Part shown: positions 1-5,961 of the stretch, piece after piece
Layout: each line of letters begins with the position of its first letter
How positions within the stretch are numbered: position 1 is the first letter of the stretch
Virus record (IMG/VR): IMGVR_UViG_2585427746_000001
Coordinates: 1 to 5,961 of that record
DNA length: 5,961 bases
Direction: 5' to 3' (one strand)
From: a virus
Taxonomy: Duplodnaviria; Heunggongvirae; Uroviricota; Caudoviricetes
The notes under the pieces: generated by a model
Database searches by the model: none
The model's input: the letters and a program-made list of their open reading frames with translations, nothing else
Told to the model about the DNA's origin: nothing
Translations under genes and position numbers: made by a program

Positions 1-7
1 AAGGGGA
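1..7 (+). promoter_or_regulatory. Shine-Dalgarno-like sequence (AAGGGGA) for the tail sheath gene
   Basis: Purine-rich AAGGGGA lies 7-8 nt upstream of ATG 15. Confidence 0.45.
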
Positions 8-14
8 CGTCCTG

Positions 15-1517
15 ATGATTAACTTTGATTATATCGGCGATAACAATCGCATTCCGCTGGTACAGATTGAAATCAATAATTCAATGGCCGTGACCGGCAC
101 TCCACCACAGCGTCAGGCGGTACTGTTGTTTGGTCAGGCTGCAATGAAAGACACTACCATTCAGGGGCGCGGTCAGCTTGATGTACCAGTACGTATTACC
201 CGAGCTTCACAAGCAAGAGAACTCTGGGGGCGAGGTTCCATGATTGCACTGATGGTAGAGGAATTTATCGCCATTAACCCTGACACAGAGTTATATGCCA
301 TTGCACAGGGGGCTGGAACAGGTCAGTCCAGGGCATGCGTGATGAATATCATTGGAACAGCATTGGCAGACGGGGTGTTAAGTGTTTACATCGGCGGTCG
401 CCGTTACCTCCTGCCCGTCAGTAAGGGGAAAAAAGGTAAAGAGCTTGTGGAAGAGCTGGCTAAGGTCATTAACGCTGACACTGATGCGCCATTCACTGCT
501 ATCGCAGCTGAAGTCAGTGGTGATAATGCTGAAGGACTTAAAGGCAGCATGGGGGTTAACGCCCGCTTTATCGGTGAATGCTCAGCTCATGATTTACGGG
601 TGAACTATTATGACGGTGAAACTACACCGGCCGGTCTTACGCTGGAGCTCGTCGCGCCAACACAGAAGGCAACAAACCCCGATATCACCCGTAGCGTCTC
701 AGGGATGGGGAATCGTCAGTACAACTACATCGTCATGCCCTATAAGGATGCGGCAAATCTCAAAATTCTGGCGGATGAACTGCTGAAACGCTGGGGACCG
801 GTAAAAATGTCGGACGGTATGGTCTGGATGGCGCATACCGGCACCTTCGGTACGGCAACCAGTTTTGGTGAATCCCGTAATGACTTCCTGTTTACCTGCA
901 CTTCTATTCCTAAAGCACCAGAGCCGGATTATGTCTGGGCTGCCTCCATTTGTGCGGTCTGTGCGCCCTCCCTGTCAACGGATCCGGCCCGACCATTACA
1001 GACACTGGCGCTGCCTGCCCGTATGGCACCTGAAGCACCGGATCGTCTGACGCGGGAAGAGCGAAACAGCCTGCTTTATACCGGCATGTCCACGGTGACC
1101 GTCGCGGCCGCGGATGTGGTGCAGATTGAACGTCAGGTGACGATGTACCGTCAGAATGCATACGGCGAAATCGATCCCAGCTATCTGGATGTGGAAACCA
1201 TCTACACCCTGTCATATCTGCGTTATTCCCTGCGCACCTTTATCACGCAGCGTTTTCCGCGCCATAAACTGGCTGATGACGGGACGCCCGTTCGTGCCGG
1301 TCAGAATATCGTGACACCGGAGATCATGAAACTTCAGTTAATTTCGCTGGGGGAAGAATGGGTGGATCTGGGACTGGTCGAAAATCTGGACACCTTTAAA
1401 AAGAATCTGCTCGTGGAGCGCAACACAAAAGACCGTAACCGTCTGGATGTGATGTGTACACCGGATCTGGTTAACCAGTTCCGCTTCATGGCCGCGCAGA
1501 TCCGTTTCATTTTGTGA
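15..1517 (+). CDS. Contractile phage tail sheath protein (Mu gpL-like)
   Basis: 500-aa ORF with ATG at 15 preceded by AAGGGGA (1-7). Size and position immediately upstream of a small tube-like gene, a frameshifted chaperone pair and a tape measure gene match the canonical myovirus tail order. Family assignment is from recalled similarity and context, not a search. Confidence 0.8.
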   Translation: MINFDYIGDNNRIPLVQIEINNSMAVTGTPPQRQAVLLFGQAAMKDTTIQGRGQLDVPVRITRASQARELWGRGSMIALMVEEFIAINPDTELYAIAQGAGTGQSRACVMNIIGTALADGVLSVYIGGRRYLLPVSKGKKGKELVEELAKVINADTDAPFTAIAAEVSGDNAEGLKGSMGVNARFIGECSAHDLRVNYYDGETTPAGLTLELVAPTQKATNPDITRSVSGMGNRQYNYIVMPYKDAANLKILADELLKRWGPVKMSDGMVWMAHTGTFGTATSFGESRNDFLFTCTSIPKAPEPDYVWAASICAVCAPSLSTDPARPLQTLALPARMAPEAPDRLTREERNSLLYTGMSTVTVAAADVVQIERQVTMYRQNAYGEIDPSYLDVETIYTLSYLRYSLRTFITQRFPRHKLADDGTPVRAGQNIVTPEIMKLQLISLGEEWVDLGLVENLDTFKKNLLVERNTKDRNRLDVMCTPDLVNQFRFMAAQIRFIL

Positions 1518-1525
1518 GGTAAGGC

Positions 1526-1891
1526 ATGAGCGGAAAACAGTATCAGGGCACGGCCACCATCCGTGTGAACGGGCAGGAGTACGACACCCTTGAGGGGGCC
1601 ACGTTCTCCCCGTCCGGCTTTGAGCGTGAAGTGGTGAAAGGCGCGAAAGTTTACGGCTATCGCGAGAAACCCCGTGAGGCGACGCTGGACTGTAAATTCC
1701 CGGCGGGCGGAGAAGGTTCACCGGCTGCCGATGAAATCAACACCTGGACTGCGGTCACGATTGAGTTCGTGGCCGATACCGGTGAAGTCCACATGATGAC
1801 GAAGGCCTGGAGCAGTGAACCGGCCTCGCTTGACGGTGGTGGTGATATCTCCGCGAAGTTCGCCAGCGCCACCAGTACCCGTGTCCAGTAA
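1526..1891 (+). CDS. Phage tail tube protein (Mu gpM-like)
   Basis: 121-aa ORF starting 8 nt after the sheath stop, with GAGGT (1516-1520) upstream of the ATG. Small size and position between sheath and chaperone genes are typical of a myovirus tail tube. Confidence 0.7.
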   Translation: MSGKQYQGTATIRVNGQEYDTLEGATFSPSGFEREVVKGAKVYGYREKPREATLDCKFPAGGEGSPAADEINTWTAVTIEFVADTGEVHMMTKAWSSEPASLDGGGDISAKFASATSTRVQ

Positions 1892-1905
1892 TCAGGAAAA
1901 ATGCA

Positions 1906-2385
1906 ATGACCACACGTAAGAAAAAAACGGCGGTTTCTGACGAGGCCGTGATGGAGGCTATCCGGGATGCACTTGAAGACGGCGATCCCCGCACCGCCGG
2001 GCTGGCTGAACAGCTGGCGAACGGCTATGTGGATCTGCTCGACGGTCTGCCGTTCGGGGAATCCCGTGAATACCGCGTCACCTTCCGCGAACTGACGGCG
2101 AAAGACAGCATTGACGCGGAAACCGAGGCCGAGCGTCTTATGGAAACCCGAAATGGCGGCCCGGTTCTGATAGCCTCGCCGGCACTGCGCGGCATTGCAC
2201 TGCTGCGCCGTCAGATTGCCGCTGTTGGCCAGATTGAGGGGCCATTGTCTCCGCGTCAGATCGGACAGCTCAGCGAGCGCGATCTCTCCCGTCTGATGGC
2301 GGCAGTAAGCCTGCTTGATTCCGCGATGGCCGGAAAGCTGGTCGCTGAACGGGGGCGACCAGATGCAGTGCCGGGATCAGATTGA
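1906..2385 (+). CDS. Tail assembly chaperone (lambda gpG / Mu gp41 analogue), unshifted product
   Basis: 159-aa ORF directly upstream of the tape measure gene. AGGA (1894-1897) lies 8 nt before the ATG. A second ORF overlaps its 3' end in another frame, the hallmark of G/GT-type chaperone pairs. Confidence 0.65.
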   Translation: MTTRKKKTAVSDEAVMEAIRDALEDGDPRTAGLAEQLANGYVDLLDGLPFGESREYRVTFRELTAKDSIDAETEAERLMETRNGGPVLIASPALRGIALLRRQIAAVGQIEGPLSPRQIGQLSERDLSRLMAAVSLLDSAMAGKLVAERGRPDAVPGSD

Positions 2386-2509
2386 AGAAGCCGCAATTGT
2401 GCTGGGGATGGTGACAAAAAGCGGCCCGGAGTGGGCGCTTAACCTCCCCTTATCGCAGCTTTACCGGCACTGCCGACAGACCGAAAAAATTCTCAGAACG
2501 AAGCAGTAA
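1906..2509 (+). CDS. Predicted frameshift fusion product of the tail assembly chaperone (GT-like, about 201 aa) via a -2/+1 shift near 2351-2356
   Basis: Frame 2 is open from 2309 (upstream TAA at 2306-2308) to TAA at 2507-2509 and overlaps the chaperone 3' end (stop 2383-2385). The overlap contains CGGGGGC (2350-2356). The extension stops 3 nt before the tape measure ATG. Confidence 0.45.
2350..2356 (+). other. Candidate programmed ribosomal frameshift site (G5 tract CGGGGGC)
   Basis: In the zero frame the codons are CGG GGG CGA. A tRNA-Gly on GGG (2353-2355) can re-pair perfectly on GGG two nt upstream (2351-2353), placing the ribosome in the frame of the downstream extension ORF. It is the only strong homopolymer within the 2309-2385 overlap. 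Confidence 0.4.
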
Positions 2510-2512
2510 CCC

Positions 2513-4570
2513 ATGGCAAAAAACCTGAAAGCCTCCCTGATTGTCGATTTACTCGGCAATATTTCTGCCAAATCCCGCCAGTGGTCACAGGAGCTGGGGG
2601 CGTTCTCCCGTTCCGGCAGGACAGGCCTGGGTGGTCTTGGAAATGCAGCACGCCGGGCCGGTCAGGAAACAGAACTTGTCGGCTCCCGTATGCAGCGAAC
2701 GCTTGCCGGTGTTCGTGGCAGCATCCGCACGGTAACGTCAGATTTTGACCGCCTGCAGGGCAGCATTACCGGCACCATCGGGCGGATAAGCAACCTTTAC
2801 GGGATGCTGGCGGGAGGGGCTGCGGTCTACGGGTTTAATAAAGCCTTTATCCGCCCGGCCGCAGAGATGGAGAACTATATTCTGCGTCTCAACGCCATTA
2901 ATCATGGCGATACGGCAAAAATGGAAGCAGTGAAAGCCTGGGCAGTACAGAACGCCAAAGACACCACCTGGGGGCTGGCGGGGGTTATGCAGGAATACGC
3001 CTCCAGTCGCGGGTTTGGCATGAGTGACAGGGAAGCCCGTCGCTTTATTACCATGCTTCAGGATCAGGGCGGCTATCACGGCTGGTCACTGTCAGATGCA
3101 CAGGGTGCGTCCCTGCAACTCAAACAGATGTTTGCCCGCCAGAGTATCCAGGCAGCGGACGCCAATATTCTGACCGGATACGGGATTAACGTTTACCAGT
3201 TACTGGCCGATAAGCTGGGCGTAAACCAGAAGATCATCCGTGAGAAAGGCGAAAAAGGAAAACTGGGGCCGGACAGCATTCGCCTGTTATTTCAGGTGAT
3301 GGCCGAACAGGCAAAAGGTGCCCAGAAAAACGCCATGAATTCCTGGACGGGAATGACGTCCATGATGGGCGACGTCTGGGACGGATTTGCCCGCGAGGTG
3401 ATGGCAAAGGGACCGTTTGACAGCCTGAAAAAGAGCCTGAAAGGCTTCCTGGATTATGCCGATGCGGCACAGAAAAGCGGCTTACAGGATAAGCTGGCCA
3501 CACAGACGGCCTCAGCTCTGAATCAGGGATTTGAGTATGCCAGAGACGCTGCGACCGGCTTTTACCGGGTCATTCAGAAAGTCAGGGAAACGCTTCAGGC
3601 ACTGCGCGACGCCGGTTATGGCGATGCGCTGGATCGCATTGGTCAGGGTGCGCAGACCGCCGCAAAGTACCTGATGTATATGTATCTCGCCTCCCGTGCG
3701 CTGAAGGTGCTCAGGTTTGCGGGGACGGGGGCATTACGTCTCGGCGCAACCCCCTTACGCTATGGCATGGCGATGACCTCCGTGCTGACGTCGCCCTTCC
3801 GCAAACCGCAGACCACTGTACCGGGAACGCAGCCCGGACGCGCTGGCCGGTTCCTGAATTTCCTTACCGGGGTAAATCCGGCTGCCGTTCAGCCCGTGCT
3901 GGTCACCAACTGGCCTGCGGGTGGCCTGGCCTCAGGTGGCGGGGATGTGGTGGTCAGCGGTGACGGCAAAACCGTGCGCGGCCGTAAAAAACGCGGCCCC
4001 GGACGTGGACGGGGTGTCACGACCGTCGTGACTGCCGGTGAGCAACTGGCGGAGAGTGCCGGTAAACAGGGCTTCTTCGGTCGTATGATGAGCCGTGCCG
4101 GTGGTCTGCTAACGGCGGCCGGAAACCGCATGGGGCTGGGGCGTTTTGCCGGGCTGTTCCGTGGTGCCGGTCGGCTGGGTGGTGGTGCCCTGTGGGCCGG
4201 TGCCATGGCGGCTCCTGTACTGCTGGACAGCAGCGCCAGTGCAGCCGATAAAGCCGGTGCCGTGGGTTCTCTTGCCGGAAGTATCGCCGGTGGCGCGCTG
4301 GGGGCGGCTGCTGGTCCGGTCGGGGTTGCCATTGGTTCCACGGTGGGCAGCTATCTCGGTGATTATCTGGGGGGCTGGCTGACGCAGGCCTGGCAGAAAC
4401 TGCGTGGCGGCAGTGACGAAAACGGCGGACAGGCCACCGCGAAAACCGCCGCACGGGTGGAGCTTGTGGCCCCTGAAGGCTGGCGGGCGCGCAGTATTGA
4501 TGTGGATGATACCGCACAGCATGGCCTGGATGTGAACGTCTGGAACGGAGGGAACTATGGCCTCTACTGA
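2513..4570 (+). CDS. Tail tape measure protein
   Basis: 685-aa ORF immediately after the chaperone pair. The N-terminal two-thirds is rich in Ala/Gln/Lys/Arg, as in helical tape measure proteins. The C-terminal third is Gly/Ala-rich with GxxxG-type glycine-zipper stretches (e.g. GSLAGSIAGGALGAAAGPVGVAIGSTVGSYLGDYLGG). Confidence 0.85.
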   Translation: MAKNLKASLIVDLLGNISAKSRQWSQELGAFSRSGRTGLGGLGNAARRAGQETELVGSRMQRTLAGVRGSIRTVTSDFDRLQGSITGTIGRISNLYGMLAGGAAVYGFNKAFIRPAAEMENYILRLNAINHGDTAKMEAVKAWAVQNAKDTTWGLAGVMQEYASSRGFGMSDREARRFITMLQDQGGYHGWSLSDAQGASLQLKQMFARQSIQAADANILTGYGINVYQLLADKLGVNQKIIREKGEKGKLGPDSIRLLFQVMAEQAKGAQKNAMNSWTGMTSMMGDVWDGFAREVMAKGPFDSLKKSLKGFLDYADAAQKSGLQDKLATQTASALNQGFEYARDAATGFYRVIQKVRETLQALRDAGYGDALDRIGQGAQTAAKYLMYMYLASRALKVLRFAGTGALRLGATPLRYGMAMTSVLTSPFRKPQTTVPGTQPGRAGRFLNFLTGVNPAAVQPVLVTNWPAGGLASGGGDVVVSGDGKTVRGRKKRGPGRGRGVTTVVTAGEQLAESAGKQGFFGRMMSRAGGLLTAAGNRMGLGRFAGLFRGAGRLGGGALWAGAMAAPVLLDSSASAADKAGAVGSLAGSIAGGALGAAAGPVGVAIGSTVGSYLGDYLGGWLTQAWQKLRGGSDENGGQATAKTAARVELVAPEGWRARSIDVDDTAQHGLDVNVWNGGNYGLY
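4547..4552 (+). promoter_or_regulatory. Shine-Dalgarno sequence (GGAGGG) for the N-like gene, inside the tape measure 3' end
   Basis: GGAGGG lies 4-5 nt upstream of ATG 4557, within the last codons of the tape measure gene. Confidence 0.5.
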
Positions 4571-4940
4571 CACGCCGGGGCGTGGCTCCTTTCGTGGCGT
4601 ACCGTTCCTGGTTTATCAGGAGCAGCGGGAACGGGGCGGACGTAACATTGTGCGCCGTGAATACCCACTGCGTGAAAGCGGCGGTGCGGATGATCTGGGG
4701 CCAAAACTCCCGGAGTTCACATTCACGGTTCTAGTGACCGGAGACGATCTTCAGACACAGCGAAGCCGCCTGCGTGATGCGCTGCGTGCACCCGGTGCCG
4801 GTGAACTGATGCACCCGGATTACGGCACGTTAAACGTGCTGATAAACAGCTTTGAAACAGCCGCCGCTGGCAGTATTTTGTCCGCAGAAACAATATCCCC
4901 GATCCGGTTTTTGTTCCGGGTGGCCGCCGCGTGGAGGTGA
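4557..4940 (+). CDS. DNA circularization protein (Mu N-like), N-terminal domain only; apparently truncated
   Basis: 127-aa ORF with ATG at 4557 preceded by GGAGGG (4547-4552), overlapping the tape measure 3' end by 14 nt. The N-terminal sequence (GSFRGVPF..., ELMHPDYG...) resembles the DNA_circ_N family as I recall it. It ends at TGA 4938-4940, far shorter than the roughly 400-500 aa I expect for full-length homologues. Confidence 0.55.
   Translation: MASTDTPGRGSFRGVPFLVYQEQRERGGRNIVRREYPLRESGGADDLGPKLPEFTFTVLVTGDDLQTQRSRLRDALRAPGAGELMHPDYGTLNVLINSFETAAAGSILSAETISPIRFLFRVAAAWR
4933..4937 (+). promoter_or_regulatory. Shine-Dalgarno sequence (GGAGG) for the gpP-like gene, overlapping the stop of the N-like ORF
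   Basis: GGAGG sits 6 nt upstream of GTG 4944. The TGA stop of the upstream ORF (4938-4940) directly abuts it, suggesting translational coupling. Confidence 0.55.
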
Positions 4941-4943
4941 TCA

Positions 4944-5961
4944 GTGAGCAGCAGGATTGAACTGTATATCGGCGGCAGTATTTTTTCCGGCTGGCTGACG
5001 GTCAGCGTCCGTCGCTCGCTGGAGCATCTGGCCGGGTCGTTTGAACTGGGGCTGATGCTGCCCGGTGAGCGCATCCCCTCAGCCCTGCGGACCGGTCAGT
5101 CCCTGACGCTCAGAATTAACGGGCAGACGGTCATCAGTGGCTGGCTGGATCAGGTCAGTCAGCGGATCAGTGCAACCCGTCATCAGATCAGCATCAGCGG
5201 TCGGGATAAAACCGGCGACCTGGTGGACTGTGCCGCCATCCATCCCGGCAGCCAGTGGCGCAACCGGACGCTGGCACAGATTGCCGCAGATTTATGTGCG
5301 CCCTTCGGGATAGCCGTGCGCTGGCAGGTTAACGACGACACGGCTGCACGCCCCTTCAGCTCTTTTACGCTGGAAAACTCAGAAACCGTGGCGGATGCGC
5401 TGACCCGTGCTGCCCGGCATCGCGGGGTGCTGGTGACCAGTAATGCTGACGGCGATCTGGTGTTCACCCAGGCAGGAAGCCAGCAGACGGACAGACTGGT
5501 GCTGGGAGATAACCTGCTTGATGCCGATTACAACACGGACTGGCGAGGACGATACAGCGAATACCGTGTCCGGGGACACGGGCGCGGTGGTGGCAAACGG
5601 GGAGACAGCGAATCCGCCGCCCGTCTGGCAGCACCTGTGGGCGTCATCAGTGATGAGCAGATCGGCCGCTACCGGCCGAAAATCATCCTCGCCGATCAAC
5701 AGACAGACACCACCGGTGCACGGCAGCGTGCCCTGCGTGAAATGCGCCGTGCGATTGCCCGTTCAGAACGGTTTTCTGCCACCGTGCGTGGCTGGTTCCG
5801 GGATGATGGCCGGTTATGGGATGTCAATCTGCTGACCGGTGTTTCAGCCCTGCGTTTCGGTATAGAACAGACTGAACTGCTGGTCTGTCAGGTGGAGTTT
5901 TTACTTGATGAACATAACGGGGAAGTCACCCGGCTGGTACTGGCACCGCGTGACGGCTTTA
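4944..5961 (+). CDS. Mu gpP-like / phage late control D family baseplate hub protein (3' end beyond window)
   Basis: Not in the supplied ORF track because it has no stop inside the window. Manual translation from GTG 4944 gives an uninterrupted frame of about 339 codons to 5961 ([22 protein letters not shown]...[37 protein letters not shown]...). GGAGG (4933-4937) lies 6 nt upstream of the GTG. Motifs and position after the N-like gene match the gpP/gpD hub family as recalled. Confidence 0.7.
   Translation, partial: MSSRIELYIGGSIFSGWLTVSVRRSLEHLAGSFELGLMLPGERIPSALRTGQSLTLRINGQTVISGWLDQVSQRISATRHQISISGRDKTGDLVDCAAIHPGSQWRNRTLAQIAADLCAPFGIAVRWQVNDDTAARPFSSFTLENSETVADALTRAARHRGVLVTSNADGDLVFTQAGSQQTDRLVLGDNLLDADYNTDWRGRYSEYRVRGHGRGGGKRGDSESAARLAAPVGVISDEQIGRYRPKIILADQQTDTTGARQRALREMRRAIARSERFSATVRGWFRDDGRLWDVNLLTGVSALRFGIEQTELLVCQVEFLLDEHNGEVTRLVLAPRDGF

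Noticed and set aside
1-900. Somewhat lower GC content in the first ~900 nt than in the tape measure region
   Set aside because: Estimated by eye from a few lines only. The difference is modest and is explained by the amino-acid composition of the sheath N-terminus versus the Gly/Ala-rich tape measure protein, so it is not evidence of a separate acquisition.
382-1050. Internal + strand alternative-frame ORFs within the sheath gene (382-603 and 865-1050)
   Set aside because: Short and embedded out of frame in a well-supported 500-aa gene, with no independent start signals.
910-1994. Minus-strand ORFs at 910-1215, 1338-1721, 1657-1872 and 1755-1994, antisense to the sheath, tube and chaperone genes
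   Set aside because: Low-complexity Arg/Pro/Ser-rich translations that span sense-strand gene junctions, with no ribosome-binding sites noted. The sense-strand genes form a coherent coupled operon.
2541-2735. 64-aa + strand ORF embedded out of frame in the 5' end of the tape measure gene
   Set aside because: Likely spurious. It overlaps a high-confidence gene in another frame and has no features suggesting a real overlapping gene.
3889-4573. Three long overlapping minus-strand ORFs (150, 166 and 154 aa) opposite the tape measure 3' region
   Set aside because: Their products are Pro/Arg/Ala-rich low-complexity sequence with no start-site context. They lie antisense to a strongly supported GC-rich gene where stop codons are rare in all frames, so they are best explained as compositional artefacts.
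5183-5835. Minus-strand ORFs (5183-5467, 5379-5699) and a frame-shifted + strand ORF (5443-5835) within the gpP-like gene region
   Set aside because: The frame starting at GTG 4944 is open through the window end and has hub-family motifs and a strong ribosome-binding site. The other ORFs are out-of-frame or antisense shadows.
1-5961. Possibility of an embedded novel defence system, toxin or moron gene within this window
   Set aside because: There is no intergenic space larger than 14 nt, no oppositely oriented credible gene and no repeat array. All coding capacity is accounted for by tail structural genes, so any accessory cargo would have to lie outside this window.

Overview
The window is a tightly packed, single-strand (+) block of contractile-tail morphogenesis genes with the gene order of a Mu-like myovirus or prophage: tail sheath (15-1517), tail tube (1526-1891), tail assembly chaperone with an overlapping frameshift extension (1906-2385 and 2309-2509), tape measure protein (2513-4570), a short DNA-circularization (Mu N-like) N-terminal-domain protein (4557-4940), and the 5' part of a Mu gpP / late-control-D family baseplate hub protein (4944 to window end). 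Genes are separated by 3-14 nt or overlap, consistent with one translationally coupled late operon. No rRNA, tRNA, CRISPR array, transposase or integrase is visible. I do not see evidence for a novel defence or other non-phage system: there is no intergenic space, and the antisense ORFs look like GC-driven artefacts. The two features most worth a second look are a G5 slippery tract that fits a -2 (net +1) programmed frameshift in the chaperone gene, and an N-like gene that appears to retain only about 127 codons. Product assignments rest on recalled family motifs, gene order and protein size/composition; no database search was possible. Host taxon cannot be determined from the sequence alone.
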